Below are positions 27,058 through 37,415 of a DNA stretch of 64,000 nt, one piece after another. The notes below the pieces were generated by a model, which ran no database searches, had not been told where the DNA came from, and saw nothing but the letters and a program-made list of their open reading frames with translations. Each line of letters begins with the position of its first letter. The first letter of the stretch is position 1. This DNA comes from Flavobacteriales bacterium (lineage in GTDB: Bacteria > Bacteroidota > Bacteroidia > Flavobacteriales > Flavobacteriaceae). A program made the position numbers and the translations under genes. The stretch covers positions 13,787 to 77,786 of the forward strand of contig SGZE01000001.1 in NCBI GenBank assembly GCA_004214015.1, given 5' to 3'.

Positions 27058-28252
27058 TCTTTATAATCTGGTTCAAAATATCAACTGAGACATCTGACTT
27101 TAACTTTTTATCAAATGAAGTTAATTTTAAAGTTGAATTTATAAAATCAATTTGATTATAGTCACTTGAAATTGGATTAAAATCACCAATTTTATTAACG
27201 ACTATAGCATCAAGATTTTTTGATTTTAATTTGTTTTTTGCATTCTCAATAATATTATCAGTCTCAAGAGCAAATCCAACCAGATATTGTGAAGTTTTAA
27301 TACTACCTAATTTCTTTAAAATATCTATGGTAGGTTCTAGTTTAATTGTATCTAGACCTTTTTCCTTTTTAATTTTATTTTGTTGAACTTCTACAGGTTT
27401 GAAATCAGATATGGCAGCAGAACAGATTACTACATCTGAAGTATCAAATAATTTAATTGTCTCATTAAACATTTCTTGAGAGTCTTCAACCCTAATAGTA
27501 TTAATATTTTCAAGATCCATAGTAAGATTTGTAGGACCAATAATTAAAGTAACATTAGCTCCAAGTTCAATAGCTTTTTGAGCAAGATTATATCCCATCT
27601 TACCAGACGAACTGTTTCCAATATATCTAACTGGATCAATTTTTTCATGAGTTGGTCCAGCAGTAATTAAAAAATTTAAATTGTTTAATGGTAGTTTATC
27701 CTTAATTCTATTTTCTACATAATGAATTATTTCATTAGGCTCAAGCATTCTTCCCTCTCCCTCTAGACCACTTGCAAGAGAACCTGTGCCAACAGGTAAA
27801 ACATATGTAGAATTATCTTTTAACTTCTTTATATTATTTTGATTTAGACTGTTTTTAAACATCTCAAGATCCATAGCAGGAGCAACAAAGACAGGACAGT
27901 TAGATGATAAGAAACAAGCCAAAAGGAGATTATCACATCTTGCATTAGCCATTGAAGAAATTGTATTTGAAGTTGCTGGAGCTATAATAAAAATATCAGC
28001 CCACTCAGCAAGCTCAACATGATTATTCCATGAAGGATTATTATTTTTTTGGGTAGTAAACTCTGAGAATACATCATTTTTAGATACCGTTGATAAAGTT
28101 AAAGGTGTAACAAAGTCTTTTGATGAAGGTGTCATCACAACTTTTACATTAGAGTTTAGCTTAGTAAGCTGTCTTATCAACAAAGGTGTTTTGTATGCAG
28201 CTATTCCTCCTGAAACTCCAATTAAAATATTTTTCTGAGCTAAAACACTCAT
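27041..28252 (-). CDS. coaBC: Bifunctional phosphopantothenoylcysteine decarboxylase / phosphopantothenate-cysteine ligase
   Basis: 403 aa. N-terminal flavoprotein domain (GVSGGIAAYK) and C-terminal CoaB domain (NSSSGKMG). Confidence 0.9.
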   Translation of the reverse strand: MSVLAQKNILIGVSGGIAAYKTPLLIRQLTKLNSNVKVVMTPSSKDFVTPLTLSTVSKNDVFSEFTTQKNNNPSWNNHVELAEWADIFIIAPATSNTISSMANARCDNLLLACFLSSNCPVFVAPAMDLEMFKNSLNQNNIKKLKDNSTYVLPVGTGSLASGLEGEGRMLEPNEIIHYVENRIKDKLPLNNLNFLITAGPTHEKIDPVRYIGNSSSGKMGYNLAQKAIELGANVTLIIGPTNLTMDLENINTIRVEDSQEMFNETIKLFDTSDVVICSAAISDFKPVEVQQNKIKKEKGLDTIKLEPTIDILKKLGSIKTSQYLVGFALETDNIIENAKNKLKSKNLDAIVVNKIGDFNPISSDYNQIDFINSTLKLTSFDKKLKSDVSVDILNQIIKNVKDT

Positions 28253-28266
28253 ATTATAGAAGTTTA

Positions 28267-28596
28267 TTACTCACTTTCAGAATCAGTATCTCTGAAGTAA
28301 ATTTTATCATCTAACCATTCTTGAACAGCAATTGCATAAGGCTTAGGAAGCTTTTCGTAGAACCTGGAAACTTCAATTTGTTCCTTGTTTTCAAATATTT
28401 CTTCTAAGCTGTCATTGTGTGTAGCAAATTCATCAAGTTTATCGTGAAGTTCCTTTTTAATTTCAGAATTAATTTGACTAGACCTTTTAGAAATTATTGA
28501 GATTGCCTCATAAATATTATTGGTTGGATCTTCTATATCGTGCTTATTGTAAGTTTTTGTTGTATTTGCAGCGTTAGTGTTTCTGTATTTATTCAT
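28267..28596 (-). CDS. rpoZ: DNA-directed RNA polymerase subunit omega (Bacteroidota long form)
   Basis: 109 aa. YEAISIISKRSSQI core. Its position between bamD and coaBC is as I recall for Flavobacteriia. Confidence 0.7.
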   Translation of the reverse strand: MNKYRNTNAANTTKTYNKHDIEDPTNNIYEAISIISKRSSQINSEIKKELHDKLDEFATHNDSLEEIFENKEQIEVSRFYEKLPKPYAIAVQEWLDDKIYFRDTDSESE

Positions 28597-28604
28597 TAGT
28601 TTGT

Positions 28605-29411
28605 TTATAAAAGTTGTTTTGCAATATTGATTTTATCTGACAAATCTTCAATGAAAATTGTGTCAGGATAGTATCTTAAAAAGTTATTAAGCGATCTTTC
28701 TAGCTCAGTAACTCTCTCATTTATTCTAGCCTCTATACTATTTACTGCAATCTCATATTGAGATAGCCACCTATAATATAGTGCTTCTTCCCTGAAAATT
28801 GTTCCAGGATTATCTGCTATAAAATTATCTAATGATTTGATAGCAGAGTTAAAGTCTCTAATAGTGTAATATTGTTTGGAGACCTCAAATTCTTTTTTCT
28901 CTAATTTATTTTGTAGCTCTTCCATTAACTCTAGAGCTTCAGTAACATATTCACTGTTAGGGAATCTATTAATAAAAACTTGTAGTTTATCTATTCCTGT
29001 ATATGTATCATCCTGATCAAGAGTATAAAGCGGTGAAAGCATGAAATATGATTTAGCTTCCATAAAATAAGCTTCTTGAATTCTTTGACTATTAGGATAC
29101 GATTTAATGAAATTTTCAAATTGAATAGCAGCAGAGTAGTAAATTTTTGTTTCATAAAAAGAATTTGCAAAAAAGTAAACTAATCTTTCACCTTGAGGTT
29201 TTCCTCTATATGAAGGAATTATTTGTTCAAAAAGAGCATTTGCTCTTCTAAATTCTCCATTATCATAATATTCTTCGGCAGCTGTATATTTATCAACCTC
29301 GTTCTCAGGACTATTTAATAATTTCTGATAGTCATTACATGAAGACATGAAAAGAATAATCAATAATAAAAAAGAAAATCTGTACATATTTAATCTTGAG
29401 TATTTTGGCAA
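28605..29411 (-). CDS. bamD: Outer membrane protein assembly factor BamD (TPR lipoprotein)
   Basis: 268 aa. Lipobox MSSC, with TPR-like repeats throughout. Confidence 0.8.
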   Translation of the reverse strand: MPKYSRLNMYRFSFLLLIILFMSSCNDYQKLLNSPENEVDKYTAAEEYYDNGEFRRANALFEQIIPSYRGKPQGERLVYFFANSFYETKIYYSAAIQFENFIKSYPNSQRIQEAYFMEAKSYFMLSPLYTLDQDDTYTGIDKLQVFINRFPNSEYVTEALELMEELQNKLEKKEFEVSKQYYTIRDFNSAIKSLDNFIADNPGTIFREEALYYRWLSQYEIAVNSIEARINERVTELERSLNNFLRYYPDTIFIEDLSDKINIAKQLL

Positions 29412-29424
29412 ATTTAATATAAGT

Positions 29425-31422
29425 TTATGAAATTAAGTCAATTAATGATACTTCATTAATAACTGGCACTCCAAGTTCATTTGCTTTGTTGAATTTTGAA
29501 GGACCTATATTTTTACCAGCGACAAGATAATTAGTCTTAGAACTAATAGAAGAGCTAATTTTGCCGCCATTTTGTTCAATTATTTTTTTCAACTCTTCTC
29601 TACTGTGAATTTCAAAAACACCAGAAATAACAAATATAAGATTAGATAAGCTAGATGAATTTGGACTTAATGTATCGCTAGTAAAATTTAAACCTGATAA
29701 TTTAAGTCTATTTACTAGGTTCAAATTATCAAAATCATTAAAAAAATCTAAAATACTTGAAGCTGTTTTTTCGCCAATTTCATCAATTGATGATAATGCT
29801 TCTATATCTAAGGATATTAGTTCATCTATAGACTTAATTTGTTTCAAAATTGTTTTTGAAGCAGACTCTCCAACATATCTAATCCCCATACCATATAAAA
29901 CTTTTTGAAATGATTTCGACTTAGACTCTTCAATTCCATTTCTAAGATTTTCAATTGATTTCTTAGCATGTCCTTCAATTTTTGAGATGGCTTCATAGTC
30001 TAGGTTATAAATATCTGATATATCAACTATATGACCTTTATCATACAAAAGCTTTATTGTTTCGTCACCCAAGCCATCAATATTCATTGCCTTTCTTGAT
30101 GCGAAGTGTTGAATTCTTCCAATTGCTTGAGGTCTACAATTATTTTTATTTGGACAAAAAAAGTTAGCTTCAGTTTCTAGTTTTATCAATTCCGTTTCAC
30201 ACTCTGGACAGTTTAAGGGGAATGATATTTCATCTTTTTCAAATCCACGATTATTAATATCAATTCCTGTTATTTTAGGGATTATTTCACCTCCCTTTTC
30301 AACAAACACAGTATCATTAACTCTCAATCTAAACTTAATCATCTGATCATAACTGTGAAGCGAAGCTCTTTTTATAGTCGATCCTGAAATCAAAACAGGC
30401 TTAAGGTTTGCAACTGGTGTGATAGCTCCTGTTCTACCAACATTAAATGAGATTGACTCTAATTTAGTAGCTAAGTTCTCTGCCTTGAATTTATAAGAAA
30501 TTGCCCATCTTGGGAATTTAGAAGTAAAACCTAACATGTCTTGGTATTTAATACTATTCACCTTTAATACTATCCCATCTATTTCAAAAGGCAAAGTATG
30601 CCTATTCTTATCCCAGTATTGAATATATTTTTTAACACCATCTAAATCATTAACAACCTTTTCATAGGAAGGAATATTAAATCCAATATCTCTAGCTTTA
30701 TTTAATAATTCAGAGTGATTATTTATAAGTTTATCATCGGAAACAATAGAATAAAGAAAACATTCTAATGGTCGTCTAGCAACTTCTTTAGAATCTAATA
30801 GCTTAATACTACCTGAAGCAGTATTTCTGGGATTCATAAATAATGGCAAACCCATTTGTTCTCTTTTTTTATTAAGTGAATTAAAAGAAGTTTTAGGTAT
30901 TATTATCTCCCCTCTGATTTCAAATTTATTTGGAAATGATTTATCTTTTAATTTGAGTGGAATAGAATTGATAGTTTTAATATTATTAGTAATATTATCA
31001 CCCTGGGAGCCATCTCCTCGTGTAAGCCCCCTTATAAGATTACCATTTTCATAAAGAAGATTTACGGAAGCTCCATCGTATTTTAATTCACAACAAAAAT
31101 CAAAATCTTCTACATTAATAATCTTAATAATTCTTTTGTACCATGCTTCAAGCTCAATATCTGAGTAAGTATTATCAAGAGAAAACATTGGAAAAGTATG
31201 TGATTCTGAATCAAATTTATCAGAAAGTCCTCCTCCTACTCTTTTTGAAGGTGAATTTTCATCATAGAATTCTGGATGTTGATTTTCAAGTTTGATCAAC
31301 TCATTGATCAATTTATCATACTCAAAATCAGAAATTAAATTTTTATCAAGATCATAATAATTATGATTATGTTCTGTAACAAGATTTCTTAATTCTAAAA
31401 TTCTAGATCTAATTTTACTCAT
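29425..31422 (-). CDS. ligA: NAD-dependent DNA ligase
   Basis: 665 aa. Adenylation motif KYDG (CELKYDGAS), Zn-finger cysteines, HhH and BRCT regions. Confidence 0.95.
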   Translation of the reverse strand: MSKIRSRILELRNLVTEHNHNYYDLDKNLISDFEYDKLINELIKLENQHPEFYDENSPSKRVGGGLSDKFDSESHTFPMFSLDNTYSDIELEAWYKRIIKIINVEDFDFCCELKYDGASVNLLYENGNLIRGLTRGDGSQGDNITNNIKTINSIPLKLKDKSFPNKFEIRGEIIIPKTSFNSLNKKREQMGLPLFMNPRNTASGSIKLLDSKEVARRPLECFLYSIVSDDKLINNHSELLNKARDIGFNIPSYEKVVNDLDGVKKYIQYWDKNRHTLPFEIDGIVLKVNSIKYQDMLGFTSKFPRWAISYKFKAENLATKLESISFNVGRTGAITPVANLKPVLISGSTIKRASLHSYDQMIKFRLRVNDTVFVEKGGEIIPKITGIDINNRGFEKDEISFPLNCPECETELIKLETEANFFCPNKNNCRPQAIGRIQHFASRKAMNIDGLGDETIKLLYDKGHIVDISDIYNLDYEAISKIEGHAKKSIENLRNGIEESKSKSFQKVLYGMGIRYVGESASKTILKQIKSIDELISLDIEALSSIDEIGEKTASSILDFFNDFDNLNLVNRLKLSGLNFTSDTLSPNSSSLSNLIFVISGVFEIHSREELKKIIEQNGGKISSSISSKTNYLVAGKNIGPSKFNKANELGVPVINEVSLIDLIS

Positions 31423-31423
31423 A

Positions 31424-32260
31424 TTAAAATGATACTTTAACTAATCTTTTTTTACCTCTAAAATCATCTCTAAAGTTAACATCATTTAGATTAAAATCTG
31501 ATAATAATTGATTAAAATCTTCAATAAAAACTGGGTTTATTTCTAGATAAATTTGACCTTTTTTATTTAAATTAATTAAAGCAAACTCAATAATTTTTTT
31601 ATAAAAATGAAGTGGTTTGTTAATTGGAGCAAATAATGCTATTTCTGGTTCAAATTTAACATTTTCACCGATTTTGTTAGCTTCTTTTGGACTAAGATAA
31701 GGCGGATTTGAGACTATTATGTCATATTTATTTTGAGATATAAAATTCGAGTTAAGATCAAGTTTTATCATTTTTACAGAAGACTTAAGATTAATTCTAT
31801 TTTTATTACAAATGTCTAGAGCTTTTTCTGAAACATCTGATAATGTAACATCCATATATTTATTTTCTTTATTGATTGTAATTCCAATACAACCTGACCC
31901 AGAACATAAATCAATGAGTTTTTTTGATTTATTATTTGCATTATCCTCAAGAACCCATTGAACTAGCTCTTCTGTCTCTGGCCTAGGAATTAAAACGTTT
32001 TCATCTACATAAAAATCATATCCATAAAAATTTTTTTTATTAATTATATAATCAATAGGATAATTTTTGGAGATTTGATTTAGACTTTCTATTAAAATAT
32101 TTTGAGAATCTTGATTTAATAGATGATAAGGATCTAAAGCAATTTTAATAGGATCTATGCTACATAATTCTTTTAAAATTATCTTATAAATAAAATCACA
32201 TTCATTATTGGAAAGCTTTAGTCCCTTTCTATAAATATTTCGCAACTCAATAATTGTCAT
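31424..32260 (-). CDS. prmC: Release factor glutamine N5-methyltransferase
   Basis: NPPY catalytic motif and SAM-binding DLCSGSGC. ATG 32260 forms an ATGA overlap with the upstream stop and is preferred over track start 32290. Confidence 0.85.
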   Translation of the reverse strand: MTIIELRNIYRKGLKLSNNECDFIYKIILKELCSIDPIKIALDPYHLLNQDSQNILIESLNQISKNYPIDYIINKKNFYGYDFYVDENVLIPRPETEELVQWVLEDNANNKSKKLIDLCSGSGCIGITINKENKYMDVTLSDVSEKALDICNKNRINLKSSVKMIKLDLNSNFISQNKYDIIVSNPPYLSPKEANKIGENVKFEPEIALFAPINKPLHFYKKIIEFALINLNKKGQIYLEINPVFIEDFNQLLSDFNLNDVNFRDDFRGKKRLVKVSF

Positions 32261-32736
32261 ATTATATTTTTTATTAACCATACAGGACAAGCATTATGAC
32301 CTGTATTACCAAGAGGATTATCTATATATTTAAATCCCTTTTTTAAATATAGTTTTTGAGCTTTCAGCATATTAGGCATTGTTTCTATATAGCATTTTTT
32401 AAAACCAGATTCAATAGCAAAATCTATACAAATCTCTATCATTTTATCACCTATCCCTCTTCCTCTTAGAGATTTATGAAAATACATTTTTTGAAGTTCA
32501 CAAATATCTTTATCACCACCTTTTAGTGGACTTATTCCTGCACCACCCAATATTGCGCCTCTCTCCACTACTACAAAGTATTTTGACCTGGGTAATTGAT
32601 AAGTCGAGAACATATTATCTAGTTCAGGATCCTCATATGCAGAACCTTTTTTTGGTATTTGCATTTCAATTAATACTTCTCTAAGTATAACTGATAAGGA
32701 TTTGTTATCAGATTCATTAATTGGTCTTATCAACAT
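32257..32736 (-). CDS. GNAT family N-acetyltransferase
   Basis: 159 aa. Acetyl-CoA-binding motif A (RGRGIGDKM). Confidence 0.8.
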   Translation of the reverse strand: MLIRPINESDNKSLSVILREVLIEMQIPKKGSAYEDPELDNMFSTYQLPRSKYFVVVERGAILGGAGISPLKGGDKDICELQKMYFHKSLRGRGIGDKMIEICIDFAIESGFKKCYIETMPNMLKAQKLYLKKGFKYIDNPLGNTGHNACPVWLIKNII

Positions 32737-32784
32737 GATTAAGCTTTTTGGCTTAAATTTACAATTCTAATTTTATTAGTAATC

Positions 32785-33807
32785 ATGGAGTATAATATAA
32801 AATATATGAAAAGGTGTATTGAAATTGCATCAAAGGAAATAGGTAATACCTATCCCAATCCATTAGTTGGCTGTGTTATCGTTCATGAAAATAAAATTAT
32901 AGGAGAAGGTTCTCATAAAAGGTATGGAGGTAAACATGCTGAAGTAAATGCGGTTAACAGTGTTGAAAATAAAGACCTTCTAAAAGAATCTACACTTTAT
33001 GTTAATCTGGAGCCATGTAATCACTTTGGAAAAACTCCACCATGTACTGATTTAATTATTAAATATAAAATACAAAATATAATTATCGGTTCAATGGACC
33101 CTAATAGCATGGTTGCGGGAGGAGGTATTCAAAGACTTAAGGATAATGGTTGTAATGTGGAGTATGGAGTTTTAAAAGATGAATGTGATTATTTAAATAA
33201 AAGATTTTTTACATATCATAAACTCAAAAGACCATATATAATTTTAAAATGGGCAGAGTCAAAGGATGGTTTTATAAGTCCAATAAAAAGTCAAAGAAAA
33301 GTCTTTAAGATTTCCGGAGATCAATCACTAAAATTATCTCATACTTGGAGAAAAGAAGAAGATTCAATTTTGGTCGGTGTTCAAACCATAATAGATGACA
33401 ACCCTAAGCTTACTACTAGGTTAGTAAAAGGAAAAAACCCTATTAGAATTGTTTTAGATCCAAATTGTAGAGTTCCTGTTAACTCTAATATTTTTTCAAA
33501 AGATTCAAAAACTATAATATTATCAAAAAATGAGAATAGTTCAATTAGTGAAAATGTAAGAATAATCAATTTTGATAAAATGGACTTTATTTTAAATGTT
33601 TTATATGAGATGAAGATTCAATCAGTAATAATTGAGGGTGGGACTAAAACAATTAAAAAATTTCTTGATAATGATTTATGGGACTCAATAAGAGTATTTA
33701 AAGGAATGAAAAATATAGAAAATGGAATAAAAGGGCCTAAAATTGATTTTAATAACTTCAAACAAACTAATAGTGGTAATGATTACCTATATATTCTAGA
33801 CAAATAG
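32785..33807 (+). CDS. ribD: Bifunctional riboflavin biosynthesis deaminase/reductase
   Basis: 340 aa. CMP/dCMP deaminase zinc motifs HAEVNA and PCNHFGKTPPC, plus a C-terminal reductase domain. Confidence 0.9.
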   Translation: MEYNIKYMKRCIEIASKEIGNTYPNPLVGCVIVHENKIIGEGSHKRYGGKHAEVNAVNSVENKDLLKESTLYVNLEPCNHFGKTPPCTDLIIKYKIQNIIIGSMDPNSMVAGGGIQRLKDNGCNVEYGVLKDECDYLNKRFFTYHKLKRPYIILKWAESKDGFISPIKSQRKVFKISGDQSLKLSHTWRKEEDSILVGVQTIIDDNPKLTTRLVKGKNPIRIVLDPNCRVPVNSNIFSKDSKTIILSKNENSSISENVRIINFDKMDFILNVLYEMKIQSVIIEGGTKTIKKFLDNDLWDSIRVFKGMKNIENGIKGPKIDFNNFKQTNSGNDYLYILDK

Positions 33808-34203
33808 TTATTCAAAAAGTTTACCTATCATATTTGGGCATCTTAATGGTTTTCTTGTCAATGAATCAACAAATGCAAGAGATGTTTTACCTTCTGTAGT
33901 TATTTCATTTTTGTCATTAAAAATTTCATAAGTAAACTCAATTGTAGAGGTTGGTTTTTTTGAACAGAAAACTTTAATAAAAAAAATATCACCAAAAATT
34001 AATGGTTTTATAAATTTCAATTCACATTTAACTACTGGTAAAATAATATTATTACTTTCAATTTCTTCATAAGGCATATTTAGTTTTTCAAGCCATTCAA
34101 TTCTTGCCAATTCAAAAAATTTTAAATAATTACTATGGTGAACAATTCCCATTTGATCTGTTTCATTATATCTAACTTTAATTTTATCTGATGTGTAGTT
34201 CAT
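33808..34203 (-). CDS. YbgC/4HBT-family acyl-CoA thioesterase (hotdog fold)
   Basis: 131 aa. N-terminus VRYNETDQMGIVHHSNYLKFFELAR is typical of the family. Confidence 0.8.
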   Translation of the reverse strand: MNYTSDKIKVRYNETDQMGIVHHSNYLKFFELARIEWLEKLNMPYEEIESNNIILPVVKCELKFIKPLIFGDIFFIKVFCSKKPTSTIEFTYEIFNDKNEITTEGKTSLAFVDSLTRKPLRCPNMIGKLFE

Positions 34204-34240
34204 TTGATAGGTTTTATGAAGGAAAATCTAAATTTTCCTA

Positions 34241-34248
34241 CAAAATTA
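34241..34248 (-). promoter_or_regulatory. Candidate -7 promoter box (TAATTTTG) for the thioesterase gene
   Basis: Exact TAnnTTTG on the minus strand, 37 nt upstream of ATG 34203. Confidence 0.3.
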
Positions 34249-34387
34249 TCTTACATGATTTTAATTAAAAAAAAATTAATAATCAATAGTAAATCATGTT
34301 TTTTTTTCACTTTTTTTAACTAATATTTGTATTCAACCAAAAACAACATTTCATAAATATATTCAATTAATATCTAGTTAAGAAAAA

Positions 34388-35815
34388 ATGAGTCAAACAC
34401 CCTCTGCAGTATGGAACAATTGTTTATCCTTTATTAAGGATAATATTCAACCGCAGGCATATAAAACATGGTTTGAGCCCATAATCCCAGTTAAGCTTAC
34501 TAATGATGTTTTAAGTATCCAAGTACCTAGTAAATTTTTTTATGAATGGCTTGAAGAGCACTATGTAAAAATATTACGTATGGCTCTCACAAAAGAACTA
34601 GGGTCTGATGCTAGACTTGTGTATATAATTAAGATGGAAAATACCTTCGGTAATAAGATGCCATTTACAGAGAAAATTCCCAGCTCTTCAAGTTCTAGTA
34701 TAAAATCACAATCTATTGAATCTCCATTTAGCACTTTTGCATCTGAATTAAAAAATCCATTCGTAATACCAGGTATTAGGAATCTACAGATTGAATCTCA
34801 ATTAAATCCAAACTATACTTTTGAAAATTTCTTAGAGGGTGATTCAAACAGACTTGCTAGATCTGCAGGAATTGCTGTTTCAACCAAACCAGGAGGGACA
34901 TCATTCAATCCTCTTCTTGTATATGGAGGGGTTGGATTAGGTAAAACTCACTTAGCTCATGCTATTGGAGTTGATATCAAACAAAAGTATCCAGATAAAA
35001 CAGTCTTATATATATCTGCAGAAAAATTTACTCAACAGTATGTTGATTCAGTCAAAAAAAATACTAGAAATGATTTTATTCATTTTTATCAAGTAATAGA
35101 TGTTTTAATTGTTGATGATGTTCAATTTCTTTCAGGTAAATCTGGAACTCAAGATGTATTCTTTCATATTTTTAATCATTTGCATCAAAATGGTAAGCAA
35201 GTTATTTTAACTTCAGATAAAGCTCCAATTGACATGCAAGATATAGAACAAAGACTCCTGTCTAGATTTAAGTGGGGATTATCTGCAGAGCTTCAAAATC
35301 CTAATTTTGAGACTAGAGTTTCGATTTTAAAAAACAAACTATATAGGGATGGTGTTGAGATACAAGATGATGTAATTGAATTTGTTGCTAAGAATATTAA
35401 TTCTAATGTAAGAGAACTAGAGGGTGCAATCATTTCATTAATAGCTCAATCATCCTTTAATAAAGCTGAAATAACTGTAGAATTAGCTAAAGAAGTTATT
35501 AATAAATTTGTCAAGAATAACAGAAGAGAAGTATCTATAGATTATATACAAAAAGTTGTATCTGATTACTTCCAAATGGATATTCAAACTCTACAATCTA
35601 AAACTAGAAAAAGACATATAGTCCAAGCAAGACAAATTGCTATGTATTTTGCTAAAAAATTCACTAAAGCTTCATTAGCTAGTATAGGAACACAAATTGG
35701 AAGAAGAGATCATGCAACGGTCCTACATGCATGTAAAACTGTCGATAATCTTAGCTTTACTGATAAACAATTCAGAAAATATGTTGAAGATTTGAACCAG
35801 AAACTTTCTAACTAA
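34388..35815 (+). CDS. dnaA: Chromosomal replication initiator protein DnaA
   Basis: 475 aa. AAA+ GGVGLGKTHL, sensor motifs, and a C-terminal DNA-binding domain (RDHATVLHA). Confidence 0.95.
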   Translation: MSQTPSAVWNNCLSFIKDNIQPQAYKTWFEPIIPVKLTNDVLSIQVPSKFFYEWLEEHYVKILRMALTKELGSDARLVYIIKMENTFGNKMPFTEKIPSSSSSSIKSQSIESPFSTFASELKNPFVIPGIRNLQIESQLNPNYTFENFLEGDSNRLARSAGIAVSTKPGGTSFNPLLVYGGVGLGKTHLAHAIGVDIKQKYPDKTVLYISAEKFTQQYVDSVKKNTRNDFIHFYQVIDVLIVDDVQFLSGKSGTQDVFFHIFNHLHQNGKQVILTSDKAPIDMQDIEQRLLSRFKWGLSAELQNPNFETRVSILKNKLYRDGVEIQDDVIEFVAKNINSNVRELEGAIISLIAQSSFNKAEITVELAKEVINKFVKNNRREVSIDYIQKVVSDYFQMDIQTLQSKTRKRHIVQARQIAMYFAKKFTKASLASIGTQIGRRDHATVLHACKTVDNLSFTDKQFRKYVEDLNQKLSN

Positions 35816-35816
35816 G

Positions 35817-36845
35817 CTACCTGTATATTCCCCTGTTATTAAGCCATCGAGTATATACTTTTTTATTTCGGTTATGCTCAGTTAAATTTCTAGCAAATAA
35901 ATGATAGCCTCTATTATAAGGATCTGCTACAAAAAATATATAATTATGTTTCTCATAATTTAGCACAGCATCAATAGCTGATATATCTGGCATTGCAATA
36001 GGTCCTGGGGGAAGACCATTAATACGATAAGTATTATATCTTGATTTTAATCTTAAATCTCTGTATAAAACTCTTCTAATAATAGTATCAAAATTTTTAT
36101 AATAATCTTTAATTGAATAAATAACTGTTGGGTCTGCCTGAAGTCTCATTCGTTTATTAAGCCTATTAATATATACACCTGCAATGGTTGGACGTTCATC
36201 AATTTTTATACTCTCTTTTTGGACAATTGATGCAAGATTAGTTACTTCAAGTTTTGATAAACCAATTTTTTTAGCTTTTTGAATTCTATTATCATTCCAG
36301 AATTTTTGATATTCAGAAAACATTTTATCTCTGAGTTGGTTAGGTTCAACATTCCAATAAACCTCATATGAATTAGGAATAAAAATTGATAATATATTCT
36401 CTTTGTTGAATCCATTCTCTTTCAAAAACTTTTCATCAGTAAAAGCTCTAATCAAAGATATACTATCAGCATAAACCTGACTTGCTAGTCTTCCTGCTAG
36501 ATTTTCAACTCTTTCTTGATTATTAAAAGTTACTGTTAAGGGGGTATTTGCAAATTTTAATGAAGTTATCAGTTCTTTGTTTCCAATACCTTTAGATATT
36601 TTGAATCTTCCAGTTTTTATATTGTCTAAATAATCAAGTCTTTGTGCAGCTTTATAGAAAGTTTTTTCATTTTTAATATATTTTGAAATTGAATCTGAAA
36701 AAGCCAGTGAATCTCCTTCTACAACATAGAGAAATATAGCCTCTTCATCAAAGTTTGTATTTTCTTTATAAAACTTATTATAATAATCAAAAGCCAGAAC
36801 TGACAGAAGAATTATAATTGGTATAATTATTTTTAAGACTTTCAT
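35817..36845 (-). CDS. mltG: Endolytic murein transglycosylase MltG (YceG-like)
   Basis: 342 aa. N-terminal TM anchor and YceG-type core (ASIVQKE...DPTVIY...YNTY). Confidence 0.9.
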   Translation of the reverse strand: MKVLKIIIPIIILLSVLAFDYYNKFYKENTNFDEEAIFLYVVEGDSLAFSDSISKYIKNEKTFYKAAQRLDYLDNIKTGRFKISKGIGNKELITSLKFANTPLTVTFNNQERVENLAGRLASQVYADSISLIRAFTDEKFLKENGFNKENILSIFIPNSYEVYWNVEPNQLRDKMFSEYQKFWNDNRIQKAKKIGLSKLEVTNLASIVQKESIKIDERPTIAGVYINRLNKRMRLQADPTVIYSIKDYYKNFDTIIRRVLYRDLRLKSRYNTYRINGLPPGPIAMPDISAIDAVLNYEKHNYIFFVADPYNRGYHLFARNLTEHNRNKKVYTRWLNNRGIYR

Positions 36846-37345
36846 TTATTTAAAATTTTTTGAAATAAGAACTCATCATTAAATTTGTTGTTGTAAAATA
36901 TCCAATCTTTTTTCAAACCTACGTTAACATATTTACTTTTTTCAAAAAGTGAGATACTTTCTTTATTTGTAGATGAAATATTTGCATATACTTGATGAAT
37001 AGGCACATGCTCAAGTAAATAATTTTCAGTTAGTTGCAACGAACTTAACCCTATTCCTCTAGATCTATACTTTTTAAATATAATTATCCCTACACCTACT
37101 CTTCTATTTATAAAGTCATAATCATATAGATCTATAAAACCATATGATTGTTCATCATCAGTTATTACCAATCTTAACTGTTTATGTTCAATAATATCTA
37201 GGTGAGAATTTTCTATAAATTTCTTAAGAGTATGTCTAGAAAAAGGTGAAGCAGTATTTGAATAGACCCACAATGATTTATCATTTTCTACCTCATAAAT
37301 CAACTCTAAATCATTTGGTTCAAGGGCTCTAAGCTTTAAATTCAT
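36842..37345 (-). CDS. GNAT family N-acetyltransferase (RimJ/RimL-like)
   Basis: 167 aa. Motif A RSRGIG. Confidence 0.8.
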   Translation of the reverse strand: MNLKLRALEPNDLELIYEVENDKSLWVYSNTASPFSRHTLKKFIENSHLDIIEHKQLRLVITDDEQSYGFIDLYDYDFINRRVGVGIIIFKKYRSRGIGLSSLQLTENYLLEHVPIHQVYANISSTNKESISLFEKSKYVNVGLKKDWIFYNNKFNDEFLFQKILNK

Positions 37346-37415
37346 AATACTCTAGTTAAACAATAGTTAAAATATAAATATTAAAAATTTAATATGTTAT
37401 TTTTACTTAAAAAAA

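Noticed and set aside
32737-32784. FMN riboswitch upstream of ribD. Likewise a T-box or leader upstream of thrS (41911-41936) and a leucine leader upstream of leuA (58819-58943).
   Set aside because: The spacers are 48, 26 and 125 nt. The first two are too short for those elements. The leuA spacer is almost pure A/T, with no stem-forming G+C segments and no Leu-rich leader ORF.
34204-34387. oriC with DnaA boxes directly upstream of dnaA.
   Set aside because: The spacer is AT-rich but I found no TTATCCACA/TGTGGATAA or close variants by eye. Only the weaker strand-polarity inference is kept as a finding.
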